Shown here in pieces: positions 34,101 to 45,076 of a DNA stretch of 64,000 nt. How positions within the stretch are numbered: position 1 is the first letter of the stretch; every line of letters starts with the position of its first letter. The DNA is taken from assembly GCA_000146045.2 (NCBI GenBank), contig BK006946.2, positions 352,001 to 416,000 on the forward strand, in the 5' to 3' direction. The notes beneath the pieces are model-generated. The model searched no databases, was not told where the DNA came from, and was given only the letters and a program-made list of their open reading frames with translations. Origin of the DNA: TPA_inf: Saccharomyces (taxonomy: Eukaryota). The position numbers were made by a program, and so were the translations under genes.

Positions 34101-35021
34101 TTACGGTATATATATGTCTGGGTCGGTCAAGTGGTCTACCAATAGGTCATAAATTTGAGCAGGGATCTTAGCGATGAACCCGACGCCCAGCCGAATGATC
34201 TCGTCAGCATCAAAATCCGGAAACTGTCGTAGTAAATTAACAGGGGAATCCGATTTGAAAACCTTGGATCTCATTTTAACTAGGAATGCCACCACAAAGA
34301 GAATATTCATATGGAATCCATATGCAAACATGAAATCCCACAGTTTAATGACCTGATCAAGCGGTTTATTGCAGCTGGATAACGTGAGTATGGAAGGCAT
34401 ACCATAAATCTCTGCTGTAAGTAAATTGTCCGATAGAAATTTACTCAGCTTTGGATCAATGATTCTGAGAGAAATATCTAGTAGTTTGGCGCCGTTCTGG
34501 GCGCCGTTTAGGTTCTTAGTTAGATACGTCGGTATCATTTCATAACAAAGCTTAGTGAAAAGTTGATACGCCATAGGTTCAGAAGGACATGAGTAAAGCA
34601 GAGGAGCTAATAACACGTTCATGCCCTGCACATATGTGCTCACAGGAATGCGACCAAAACGAGTCTTTTGTCTTCTTTGTTGTGTTTGCCAAGCAAAGCA
34701 CGACAGACACCGGATGAGGGCATCCTCTGAGACTCTATTTCTAAAGTTTGGATCCGTCTGAAAAGTTCTGGATGTGTCGTTCTTGATTTTTTGGTAAATG
34801 GTTGTGGAAGGTGGGCCCAGTTTCAAGAGCGCAAGGTACCGTTGTGTAGACGCCTCCATAGAAGTTTGAGAGAGCACCGTCCACACGTAACATCGCGTGC
34901 GCTGCTGCTGTTTATCTTCAGATATGGGAAGCCCTTCACTGAGTATGAGGTAGCGAAGTTGAGAGAGTGAGGAATGCAGTAGCAGGGGAGGATTTGATAT
35001 CAGATCTTCAATTGAGGTCAT
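34101..35021 (-). CDS. BUB2: BUB2, TBC-domain GAP of the mitotic-exit (spindle position) checkpoint, 306 aa
   Basis: It has a TBC/RabGAP-like domain with RCYVW and YVQGMN motifs. The length is 306 aa. Confidence 0.88.
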   Translation of the reverse strand: MTSIEDLISNPPLLLHSSLSQLRYLILSEGLPISEDKQQQRTRCYVWTVLSQTSMEASTQRYLALLKLGPPSTTIYQKIKNDTSRTFQTDPNFRNRVSEDALIRCLSCFAWQTQQRRQKTRFGRIPVSTYVQGMNVLLAPLLYSCPSEPMAYQLFTKLCYEMIPTYLTKNLNGAQNGAKLLDISLRIIDPKLSKFLSDNLLTAEIYGMPSILTLSSCNKPLDQVIKLWDFMFAYGFHMNILFVVAFLVKMRSKVFKSDSPVNLLRQFPDFDADEIIRLGVGFIAKIPAQIYDLLVDHLTDPDIYIP

Positions 35022-35095
35022 GCAAAAGTTAACAAGTTTAAAAGTCTGTTGTTTCTTTTACCTTTACGTCGTTACTATTATTACTATTATTATCA

Positions 35096-35114
35096 TTTTT
35101 TTTTTTTTTTTTTT
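35096..35114 (+). repeat. Poly(dT) tract (19 T) in the BUB2 upstream region
   Basis: Homopolymer T19. Poly(dA:dT) tracts are typical nucleosome-excluding promoter elements in yeast. Confidence 0.8.
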
Positions 35115-35314
35115 CAATGTTTAGCTTGGCGTACGTAAACGGTTCCCTTCCGCACGGCGTTTACTGAATTGTCAGGACATAAATTCAAAGAAGAAAGAAG
35201 ACCTCCAGTGTCATTATAGCATAAGACAGGTATGTAGCAAGAATGAATATGTAAATAAATAGCAAGAATATGTAGAATTTTTAGATTTTATTCGTTTGTT
35301 GTTTTCTTTTTTTT

Positions 35315-36244
35315 TCACTTGAATTTTTTGCCAAACATTATGAGTTGCAACTGATCGTACAATGAGATGACACCAGCTGCAGCGACTCCTCTAAATATGT
35401 TGGCACCACAGCCCTTGAACAAGGAATACGCGCCCTCTTTCTGAACAATCTTTCTCAAACAGTCCAGAGCACCGTCGTACTTGATGGTCTGGCCCGAAGT
35501 CATCATCATCCTTCTTCTTACCGTATCCAAGGGATACGACGCAGTGGAAGCACCCATGGTAATGACCCAACCTAATAGGAAAGAGGCAACAAAGGACCCC
35601 TCTAGAGCCCCCGTCAACAGCACAGGCTTGAAAGAATCGTACAAGCCAAAGTACAGACCTCTGTAGACAATGATACCCAGAACTGAGGGCACAAACCCAC
35701 GGTACAGACCCAACAACCCGTCCGTTTTCAGTGTCTTCTTATACACGTCTAGCAATCCATTAAACTGTCTTTGCGAGGTTGACTTAGAACCCCTAGCATC
35801 CGCTGCAAGCCGCGTCCTTGCGTAGTCCAAGGAATATACAAATAGAAGCGACAAACCACCAGCCGCTCCACCAGAGAAAAGATTTCCAGCAAACCACTTG
35901 GCATACCCATCGCGCTCTCTGTCGTAACTCAACAACGACTTAATTTTGTCTTTGAAGGCAAAATTCAGCGCCTGCGTGGGGAAATACCGGAGAACATTGG
36001 CGGTGTTACCCCTCCAGAACGACACAATACCTTCATGAGTCGCAGTCCTCTTGAAGCAATCTAAAATTCCCTTGTACCGTGTATCCAACGAGCCCTGTTT
36101 AAGCATCTCTTCTTGATTCTGCATCAACAGTTTCACCCGTTCAATGGGAGCGGCACCCGTCTTCGCAATGGCAGCAGAAACGCCGCCCATAAGGAAGTCC
36201 ACACCGAAGTGTGACTGCTGAGTCTGTGTTTCTGTGTGAGACAT
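35315..36244 (-). CDS. AAC1: AAC1, mitochondrial ADP/ATP carrier, 309 aa
   Basis: It has a three-fold mitochondrial carrier repeat, and the RRRMMM nucleotide-carrier signature is present. The N-terminus [29 protein letters not shown] and the 309-aa length match AAC1. Confidence 0.92.
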   Translation of the reverse strand: MSHTETQTQQSHFGVDFLMGGVSAAIAKTGAAPIERVKLLMQNQEEMLKQGSLDTRYKGILDCFKRTATHEGIVSFWRGNTANVLRYFPTQALNFAFKDKIKSLLSYDRERDGYAKWFAGNLFSGGAAGGLSLLFVYSLDYARTRLAADARGSKSTSQRQFNGLLDVYKKTLKTDGLLGLYRGFVPSVLGIIVYRGLYFGLYDSFKPVLLTGALEGSFVASFLLGWVITMGASTASYPLDTVRRRMMMTSGQTIKYDGALDCLRKIVQKEGAYSLFKGCGANIFRGVAAAGVISLYDQLQLIMFGKKFK

Positions 36245-36570
36245 TACTGCTGTAAAAAGGAAAAATAGAAAAGAATAACAGATACGAGAATCTGTGCTGC
36301 CTTCTTTGCGATAATGCCTTGGCTTGCCTATTTCACGGTTACAGGAATAATAACATGTTCATACCGTTTCAGGACCAATAAATGGTCTTCTGCGAGAGAA
36401 AAAGGACACTCTCCGTCCGACAGAAATAAGCTTTACTTTCCGGGTGCGAATCAGCCCGTTGCGCCTGGGGTGGTCCCTACAGTACGCTGAGTCGCCGATA
36501 AAGACCCTCCGCCTAGAGCTAGGCGAGGCTGACTTAGGCAGGCCCAACAGGCAAGGCCCATCTTCAAAAG

Positions 36571-36578
36571 TGCACCCA
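36571..36578 (+). promoter_or_regulatory. Aft1/Aft2 iron-responsive element (TGCACCCA) in the FET3 promoter
   Basis: tgcaccca matches the YRCACCCR consensus, about 250 bp upstream of the FET3 ATG. The position is consistent with the FET3 FeRE I remember from the literature. Confidence 0.7.
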
Positions 36579-36682
36579 TTTGCAGGTGCTCTTATTCTCG
36601 CCAATTGCGACAGAAAATGAAGGATGCACTCAAACAGTCGATCCTTCGAGGGAGTATGCCAAGGCCTCGTGCATGTAGTGCG

Positions 36683-36684
<2 letters not shown>

Positions 36685-36712
<28 letters not shown>
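36685..36712 (+). repeat. (TA)14 dinucleotide microsatellite in the AAC1-FET3 divergent intergenic region
   Basis: A perfect TA repeat followed by tgtatgta. Confidence 0.9.
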
Positions 36713-36720
<8 letters not shown>

Positions 36721-36821
36721 AGCAGGCCATGCCCTATAGCTCTTGTTCTATAAGCGATGGATAGGCATAGGAAACGAAGAGGACCCCAGTGTAAGGAAGA
36801 GTAGCAAAAAATTAGAACTAG

Positions 36822-38732
36822 ATGACTAACGCTTTGCTCTCTATAGCCGTTTTGCTTTTCTCGATGCTCTCGCTAGCACAAGCGGAGACGCACACGTTTA
36901 ATTGGACCACTGGCTGGGACTACAGGAACGTTGATGGGCTAAAGAGCCGTCCCGTGATCACCTGTAATGGCCAGTTCCCATGGCCAGATATAACGGTCAA
37001 CAAAGGTGACCGTGTGCAGATTTACTTGACCAACGGAATGAACAACACCAATACTTCTATGCATTTCCACGGTCTCTTCCAAAACGGAACCGCCTCTATG
37101 GACGGTGTGCCCTTCTTGACGCAATGTCCAATTGCGCCAGGCAGTACTATGCTTTACAATTTCACGGTGGACTACAATGTAGGCACCTACTGGTACCATT
37201 CACACACGGACGGTCAATATGAAGACGGGATGAAAGGTCTTTTCATCATCAAGGATGATAGCTTCCCCTACGATTACGATGAGGAACTTTCTTTATCGCT
37301 TAGTGAGTGGTACCACGACTTGGTCACGGACTTGACGAAGTCGTTCATGAGTGTTTATAATCCGACAGGTGCTGAGCCCATCCCACAGAACTTGATTGTT
37401 AACAACACGATGAATCTGACATGGGAAGTCCAGCCCGATACGACGTATCTTTTGAGAATTGTCAACGTGGGTGGGTTCGTTTCGCAGTACTTTTGGATCG
37501 AGGACCACGAAATGACCGTGGTCGAAATCGACGGTATCACTACCGAGAAGAACGTAACGGATATGCTTTACATCACTGTCGCTCAGAGATATACAGTCCT
37601 GGTTCACACTAAAAACGACACGGACAAAAATTTCGCCATCATGCAGAAATTTGATGACACCATGTTGGATGTCATTCCAAGTGATTTACAGCTGAATGCA
37701 ACCTCTTATATGGTCTACAACAAAACCGCTGCGCTGCCCACACAAAATTACGTGGATTCAATTGATAACTTCTTGGACGATTTCTACTTGCAACCGTACG
37801 AGAAAGAAGCCATCTATGGCGAGCCAGATCATGTGATTACCGTTGACGTTGTTATGGATAACTTGAAAAACGGTGTGAATTACGCCTTCTTCAATAATAT
37901 CACCTATACTGCACCAAAAGTTCCTACTTTGATGACCGTTTTGTCTTCAGGTGATCAAGCAAACAACTCCGAAATCTACGGTTCAAACACGCACACTTTC
38001 ATCCTAGAGAAGGATGAAATCGTGGAGATTGTGCTAAATAACCAGGACACAGGTACCCATCCTTTCCATTTACATGGTCACGCTTTCCAAACCATCCAGA
38101 GAGATCGTACATATGATGATGCCCTAGGTGAAGTTCCTCACAGTTTCGATCCGGACAACCACCCTGCCTTCCCAGAATACCCAATGAGAAGAGATACTTT
38201 ATACGTTAGACCACAATCCAATTTCGTCATCAGGTTTAAAGCCGATAACCCAGGTGTTTGGTTCTTCCATTGTCATATCGAATGGCATTTGTTGCAAGGT
38301 TTGGGTCTTGTTCTCGTGGAGGATCCTTTTGGTATCCAAGATGCTCATTCTCAACAACTCAGTGAAAACCACTTAGAAGTTTGCCAGAGTTGCTCTGTGG
38401 CCACTGAAGGTAACGCCGCTGCCAATACACTGGATTTAACTGATTTAACTGGTGAAAATGTTCAGCATGCCTTCATTCCTACCGGTTTTACCAAAAAAGG
38501 TATTATTGCCATGACATTCTCCTGCTTTGCCGGTATTCTTGGTATTATCACAATTGCAATTTATGGTATGATGGATATGGAAGATGCGACCGAAAAGGTT
38601 ATTCGAGACTTGCACGTGGACCCTGAAGTCTTGCTAAATGAGGTTGATGAAAATGAAGAGCGTCAGGTAAACGAAGATCGTCATTCCACTGAAAAGCATC
38701 AATTTTTAACTAAAGCCAAACGGTTCTTCTAA
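36822..38732 (+). CDS. FET3: FET3, multicopper ferroxidase of the high-affinity iron uptake system, 636 aa
   Basis: It has multicopper oxidase copper-binding motifs (HFHG, HSH, HPFHLHGH, HCHIEWH), an N-terminal signal peptide and a C-terminal transmembrane anchor. Confidence 0.95.
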   Translation: MTNALLSIAVLLFSMLSLAQAETHTFNWTTGWDYRNVDGLKSRPVITCNGQFPWPDITVNKGDRVQIYLTNGMNNTNTSMHFHGLFQNGTASMDGVPFLTQCPIAPGSTMLYNFTVDYNVGTYWYHSHTDGQYEDGMKGLFIIKDDSFPYDYDEELSLSLSEWYHDLVTDLTKSFMSVYNPTGAEPIPQNLIVNNTMNLTWEVQPDTTYLLRIVNVGGFVSQYFWIEDHEMTVVEIDGITTEKNVTDMLYITVAQRYTVLVHTKNDTDKNFAIMQKFDDTMLDVIPSDLQLNATSYMVYNKTAALPTQNYVDSIDNFLDDFYLQPYEKEAIYGEPDHVITVDVVMDNLKNGVNYAFFNNITYTAPKVPTLMTVLSSGDQANNSEIYGSNTHTFILEKDEIVEIVLNNQDTGTHPFHLHGHAFQTIQRDRTYDDALGEVPHSFDPDNHPAFPEYPMRRDTLYVRPQSNFVIRFKADNPGVWFFHCHIEWHLLQGLGLVLVEDPFGIQDAHSQQLSENHLEVCQSCSVATEGNAAANTLDLTDLTGENVQHAFIPTGFTKKGIIAMTFSCFAGILGIITIAIYGMMDMEDATEKVIRDLHVDPEVLLNEVDENEERQVNEDRHSTEKHQFLTKAKRFF

Positions 38733-39098
38733 TAAAGGAAGATCATGTATTTTGCGGTTAACCTGTTTTTTTTTTTTCGGTCAAGGGTTCCAAATGCATT
38801 TGCATGTAAAGTGAATGCCCTTGTCTTACTTAATATTACATAGACATATACTTAATAATCTACCACGTTTCAAATTCAATAATGCATGCTTCTTGGCGGT
38901 TTTTGACATGAGATCCTCATCTGTCACGAGGCTGATGTGCATACTTTTACTTTTAATCGATGACATGATCAGTTTCTTTTGAACAAAAAGCCGTTATGGG
39001 TTGAAAAAAAGTGAAAATGAAAAAGTCATCAGAAATATATGAAAGATATAATAAATTGTCGAAGAGAAATTACGTCGAGGAGGTTGAGGAAAATAAGA

Positions 39099-39485
39099 AT
39101 GGCAACGACAGATATCATATCTCTAGTAAAAAATAATTTACTCTATTTCCAAATGTGGACGGAAGTGGAAATTTTACAAGACGATTTATCATGGAAGGGA
39201 AATAGCCTGAGATTACTGAGAGGTCGTCCGCCTCACAAGCTGAGCAACGATGTAGACACAGAGCATGAAAATAGCTTGTCATCGCCACGCCCGCTAGAGT
39301 TCATATTACCCATCAATATGTCACAGTACAAAGAGAATTTTCTCACTTTGGAATGCTTGAGCCAGACATTTACTCACTTATGTAGTCCATCTACTGAAAG
39401 AATACTGCTGGCCATAATTAACGATGATGGTACAATTGTTTATTACTTCGTTTATAAAGGAGTACGAAAACCGAAAAGAAATTGA
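39099..39485 (+). CDS. SEN15: SEN15, tRNA splicing endonuclease subunit, 128 aa
   Basis: The protein starts [26 protein letters not shown]. The track ORF begins 60 nt upstream at MKDIINC; I chose the internal ATG to match the known 128 aa. Confidence 0.75.
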
Positions 39486-39531
39486 AAAATGAACTTAAAG
39501 ACACCTTTCTGCATTATTTTGTTTATTTTTA

Positions 39532-40515
39532 TTATATGTATTTACAGGCTAAATTATATAATGACATCACAACGTTTCCTTGCTCTCTAAATTGAGGATC
39601 TCTTTGCTCCAAGTTATTACTTGGTCTATGGACGAAGTCATCAATTTTGTTCGACATACTATTCAATAATTCACTTCCAAAGGTTTGTTCCAGTTTTGAA
39701 CGGATGCGGTTACCATCAGGTAGGCCTAACTGAACGTAAAGATTTGCAAGGAAAAGAAGGTCGGAGGAAAGTATTACAGAATCATCCAGTTTTTTACGGG
39801 CAGCCAACCAATTGCTGACGCAACTCTGTAGTCTATTATCAAATTGAAGATTATATTTCACCTGTTGTAGCTCTTGCTTACCCTTAATTTTGTTCTTATG
39901 CGCAATTTTGAAGGTCTTTGATTGTGCTAGTTGCGAGGCTGACTCCATTGCTTTACTTTCTACAAATTCTTCATCATCCTCAAGGGTCAGTGAGCCTATA
40001 ATCTCCTCACAATTTTCACGTGCTTGCGATCTTAGTTGCAATGGCGTATTATACCACATAGGAAAATATAGCAATTTTGAAAACAACTTCTTGGTATATT
40101 CATTGTAATTTTTGGTGTTCAAAAAGAGCTGGTAGTCCGTTAGTCTGGAAATTTCAACGTCAACATAATTCAATAGGGAATACTCTAAAAGGCGATCCTT
40201 TTTTCTAACAATTGCTAAATCTTCTTCATAATCCGTACCTTTCTCATATTTGCTAGTACATATATTTTTATGTAAGAATTGTACGATGTTCACGTAACCA
40301 GATACTTTCGTTCCATTATCTAAAATTAACACTGGTAGTTTTCCATCTGATGATAGGTCTGTATTGTTTGAGAATACGATCTGCAATCCCGCAACCATAC
40401 TCTTTGCCTCTTCTGAAGTACATAACTTGATAAACCATACAAGCGCAATGCTGTCCACTGAAATCAACGATGCTTTGCCATCCTTTCCCCATAAATGCAC
40501 ACTACCTTTAACCAT
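39532..40515 (-). CDS. SAM37: SAM37 (MAS37/TOM37), mitochondrial outer-membrane SAM complex subunit, 327 aa
   Basis: The 327-aa ORF is recognised by its N-terminus [28 protein letters not shown], length and position. Confidence 0.85.
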
Positions 40516-40754
40516 TACTGACTCGATAATAGCCTTGCTTTGCGTTTATTTGAAAAATACAAATTCCAGCATTAAATAGTAGCCATTCTAAATAGCTTAT
40601 TTCTTATTACATTTCCCACTTCGTTTAAAATGATAACAATCGTGACAAAATTGTCGGTTACCTTGTAATAATTAAGAAGAAAAGTGTAGCTTGTGTGATG
40701 AAAGAGTATTCTACAACGAAATAAAAGGCCAAACTGGAGAGTCAAACAAGAGAT

Positions 40755-42788
40755 ATGTCCAGCTCTACGACTCCTGATTTACTATATCCCTCTGCGGACA
40801 AAGTCGCAGAGCCTAGTGACAATATACATGGAGATGAACTACGACTTAGAGAAAGGATTAAAGACAATCCCACGAATATTTTATCATACTTCCAGCTTAT
40901 TCAATATTTGGAAACTCAAGAGTCATACGCTAAGGTGAGAGAAGTATACGAGCAATTTCATAACACATTCCCGTTTTATTCACCTGCGTGGACTTTGCAA
41001 CTAAAGGGTGAATTGGCAAGAGATGAATTTGAGACTGTTGAGAAGATTTTGGCTCAATGTCTTTCTGGCAAGTTGGAAAATAATGACCTATCTCTTTGGT
41101 CAACATATTTGGACTACATACGCAGAAAAAACAACTTAATTACTGGTGGACAAGAGGCGAGAGCTGTTATTGTCAAGGCATTCCAACTAGTTATGCAAAA
41201 GTGTGCAATTTTTGAACCCAAATCATCTTCTTTTTGGAACGAATATCTCAATTTTTTAGAGCAGTGGAAGCCATTCAACAAATGGGAGGAGCAACAGCGA
41301 ATTGACATGCTCAGAGAATTCTACAAGAAAATGCTATGTGTTCCTTTTGATAATCTAGAAAAAATGTGGAATAGATACACTCAATGGGAACAAGAAATAA
41401 ATTCCCTAACAGCCAGAAAATTTATTGGCGAGTTATCAGCCGAATACATGAAAGCCCGTTCCTTATACCAGGAATGGTTGAACGTTACTAATGGATTGAA
41501 AAGGGCATCTCCAATTAATCTGCGCACAGCAAACAAGAAAAACATACCACAACCAGGTACCTCAGACTCAAACATTCAGCAGTTACAGATTTGGTTGAAT
41601 TGGATAAAATGGGAAAGGGAGAATAAGTTGATGCTTAGTGAAGATATGCTATCACAAAGAATCAGTTACGTTTATAAACAAGGTATTCAATACATGATAT
41701 TTTCTGCTGAAATGTGGTACGATTATTCAATGTATATATCTGAAAATTCGGATCGACAAAATATCTTATATACTGCGTTATTAGCTAATCCCGACTCACC
41801 TTCTCTTACATTCAAGTTATCCGAATGCTACGAACTGGATAATGATTCTGAAAGTGTTTCTAACTGTTTTGACAAGTGCACTCAAACTTTACTATCGCAG
41901 TATAAAAAGATCGCCTCCGATGTAAATTCGGGTGAAGATAATAACACAGAGTATGAACAAGAGCTGCTATACAAACAGAGGGAAAAATTAACATTCGTGT
42001 TTTGCGTGTATATGAATACGATGAAAAGAATATCAGGACTATCCGCAGCACGTACTGTATTTGGTAAATGTCGTAAACTGAAGCGTATATTAACACATGA
42101 CGTCTACGTGGAAAATGCATATTTAGAATTTCAAAATCAAAACGATTATAAGACTGCTTTTAAGGTTTTAGAATTGGGTTTAAAATACTTCCAAAACGAT
42201 GGAGTTTATATCAACAAATACTTAGATTTTTTAATATTTTTAAATAAGGATTCGCAGATCAAAACCTTATTTGAAACATCAGTGGAAAAAGTGCAAGATT
42301 TAACCCAGCTGAAGGAAATATACAAGAAAATGATAAGTTATGAATCGAAATTCGGTAACTTAAACAACGTTTATTCTCTAGAGAAAAGATTTTTCGAACG
42401 GTTCCCCCAAGAAAATTTGATTGAAGTTTTCACAAGTCGTTATCAAATTCAAAACTCCAACTTAATAAAGAAATTAGAGTTAACTTATATGTATAATGAG
42501 GAAGAAGACAGTTACTTTTCTTCTGGAAACGGGGATGGCCATCATGGCTCTTACAATATGAGTTCGTCAGATAGAAAGAGACTAATGGAGGAAACTGGAA
42601 ACAATGGAAACTTCTCCAATAAGAAATTCAAAAGAGACTCAGAGCTTCCAACAGAGGTTCTTGATTTATTGAGCGTTATACCAAAACGTCAATATTTTAA
42701 TACAAATTTACTCGATGCGCAGAAATTGGTGAATTTTTTAAATGATCAAGTAGAGATTCCAACAGTTGAGAGCACCAAGTCAGGTTAA
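40755..42788 (+). CDS. RNA14: RNA14, cleavage factor IA subunit (CstF-77 homologue) with HAT repeats, 677 aa
   Basis: It has HAT/TPR-like repeats with W..Y..E spacing and is 677 aa. Confidence 0.9.
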   Translation: MSSSTTPDLLYPSADKVAEPSDNIHGDELRLRERIKDNPTNILSYFQLIQYLETQESYAKVREVYEQFHNTFPFYSPAWTLQLKGELARDEFETVEKILAQCLSGKLENNDLSLWSTYLDYIRRKNNLITGGQEARAVIVKAFQLVMQKCAIFEPKSSSFWNEYLNFLEQWKPFNKWEEQQRIDMLREFYKKMLCVPFDNLEKMWNRYTQWEQEINSLTARKFIGELSAEYMKARSLYQEWLNVTNGLKRASPINLRTANKKNIPQPGTSDSNIQQLQIWLNWIKWERENKLMLSEDMLSQRISYVYKQGIQYMIFSAEMWYDYSMYISENSDRQNILYTALLANPDSPSLTFKLSECYELDNDSESVSNCFDKCTQTLLSQYKKIASDVNSGEDNNTEYEQELLYKQREKLTFVFCVYMNTMKRISGLSAARTVFGKCRKLKRILTHDVYVENAYLEFQNQNDYKTAFKVLELGLKYFQNDGVYINKYLDFLIFLNKDSQIKTLFETSVEKVQDLTQLKEIYKKMISYESKFGNLNNVYSLEKRFFERFPQENLIEVFTSRYQIQNSNLIKKLELTYMYNEEEDSYFSSGNGDGHHGSYNMSSSDRKRLMEETGNNGNFSNKKFKRDSELPTEVLDLLSVIPKRQYFNTNLLDAQKLVNFLNDQVEIPTVESTKSG

Positions 42789-43053
42789 CATTACGTTAAT
42801 AAATAGGTATATATGAATATTTATACCAACACATCTATTATAATAGGCGAACCTCTGTATGTAATTAAGTAAAAAAAAAACGATGTGACAGGATAGTTAA
42901 GGTGCCTCGTACATAAATAAAAACGGAAATAGTTAATTCTTTCAAAAATATGGCAATAGCCAAACTCATTCAGAAGGTACAGGAAACACTCTGTTTCTGT
43001 GCGTTTATATAACCATGCTTATAAAAGAAAGATTGAACAAAATATACATGAAT

Positions 43054-44379
43054 TTATGAACGGTAATCACCGTTAATTGTTACATATTCATGTGATAAAT
43101 CACAAGTCCAAAATTGTGCTGCCTGATCACCGGTTCCCAAGTCGACAGACACTTCCAAATCATTCAAAGCCAATATTTCAGAAGCCCTTGTTTCATCGAT
43201 CTCCAATTGTGGCACACCATTAGCGACAAGCTTCAGCTCACGAGGTTCTGAATTGTCGGTAGCAATAAAGCTAACATTAATTTTGTTGACATCTAGAGAT
43301 TTTAAGTCATTCAGCTTTGCATACCCGATCGCGCACAATATTCTTCCCCAATTGGCATCTTGCCCATATAGTGCGGTTTTGACCAACATAGAGTTTGAGA
43401 TTGATTCAGCAATTATTTTGGCGTCTTCAAAATGCAAAGCATTTTTAACGTTAACAGTAACAAACTTTGTCGAACCTTCACCATCGCGAACGACTAACTG
43501 GGCCAAGCGCTGAGCAAATTCTGTGACCTGCAATTTTACTTGTTCAAAATCTTTAGAGTCTTCGTTAATTTCTTTGGTGTCAATAGCACCGTTGGCCAAC
43601 ATGCAAATTGTGTCATTGGTGCTCATATCACCGTCCACCGATATACAATTAAATGAACGGGTAGTAGCGAAAGTCAGCATCTTCTGCAACGCCTTGCTTT
43701 CAATAGGAAGATCTGTAACTATGAAACCTAATAAGGTAGCCATATTCGGACAAATCATACCCGCGCCCTTTGCCATACCTGTCAAAGTATACTCAGTACC
43801 ACTAGGTAATTTGAATCTAGATGTAACTAATTTTGGGAAAGTATCAGTAGTACAGATTGATTTGGCTACGTTCAACCAAGAGTTAAAATCACTGCCGAAC
43901 TTTTCTTCTCCAAAAATTTTATTGATACCAGTGCTGATCTTGTCCATCTGTAGTCGTTGTCCAATAACGCCTGTAGACATGACTAGGGTAGAATTTTTTT
44001 GACCAATTTTATCGTTAACCAAATCAATCATTACTTGGGCATCTTTCATACCAAGATCACCTGTGACCGAGTTAGCACAACCGGAATTGACTACAATAGC
44101 GTTGATGTTTTTACCACGAGCAGTTTCAAGGACTTTTTTCGATGTCAAAACTGGCGCAGCTTTGAATTTATTGGTCGTGAAAACAGCTGCTGCGGTTGAA
44201 GGACGAGATTTATTGGTATTCAAGATTACACCCAGGTCCAGGCTCCCGTTTTTTTTGACTCCAGATGCAGTGTAGCCTACTTCAAATCCTTTAGGAAAAG
44301 AGCCCGTCTTGGGCACGTATAATGCATACTTATCTATAAGCTGCTTCGAGCGTTGAAGCAATGTTGATGATATTCTCAT
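43054..44379 (-). CDS. ARG7: ARG7 (ECM40), mitochondrial glutamate N-acetyltransferase / ornithine acetyltransferase (ArgJ family), 441 aa
   Basis: It shows ArgJ-family features, including the autoproteolysis-site region ...[10 protein letters not shown] (the ATML/TLLG motif). It has an N-terminal mitochondrial presequence and is 441 aa. Confidence 0.9.
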
Positions 44380-44524
44380 GCTATGTTGAATTTTGGACTT
44401 CTTTAAATAAAGGGAATAGAAGTATTGCTGATACTAGCCCAAAAATCGTCACCTTTGTGCGGCGAGCCGAGGATGAGGCTTTTATATACTCGACGACTAA
44501 AGAAGTTGGCAACGAATTACGCAG

Positions 44525-44531
44525 TGAGTCA
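44525..44531 (+). promoter_or_regulatory. Gcn4 response element TGAGTCA (reverse complement TGACTCA) upstream of ARG7
   Basis: A perfect GCRE heptamer lies 146 bp upstream of the ARG7 ATG (the gene is on the minus strand). Amino-acid biosynthesis genes are typically under general amino acid control. Confidence 0.55.
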
Positions 44532-45076
44532 TCCTACCTGTCCATCGCAGTAGAAAAAGACCTTCGCCAAGAAAACACCGTCAATAATGATTGCTAAGCA
44601 CTCTCACTTAGTACTACTATCAACGCTACCTTCAATTTGGGTCTAACCACGGCCCTATTGCATCACTACTCTCTTTATTCTATGATACAGCGTGGGGGTG
44701 AAGCCAAGAGCCCTGTGTTTTACTTCAGCATACCAACAAAGTATAAGATTACTTTTGCTATACAGCGATGAAAAATGTATTTTAATGTTTGTAAATTTAT
44801 GATCTACTGACACGTCTCAGACAGATCACATTTACAACACAGCATGCTATGACTATATACAAAACATGACTTTTCTTTATCACTAAAAGTAACTGCCAAT
44901 TTATTGTCGAATCTCGCTATAGTTTGATTTTCACCAGCGGCGCGCGCAAGTATAAGCTAAGAAACAATGAATATAGATAGATAGTGATGAGCGTTGAGAA
45001 CCGGGAAATGAGTAGAGACGTCCTTCTAAACAAAGATTTATACGGTTGAGACAGATTCATTGAGGAAAAGAGGAGA

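Noticed and set aside
36359-36730. A 123-aa minus-strand ORF in the AAC1-FET3 intergenic region, corresponding to the dubious YMR057C
   Set aside because: It overlaps the FET3 promoter, including the Aft1 site and the TA repeat. It has no recognisable domain, and its GC-rich composition explains the open frame. It is most likely non-coding promoter DNA.
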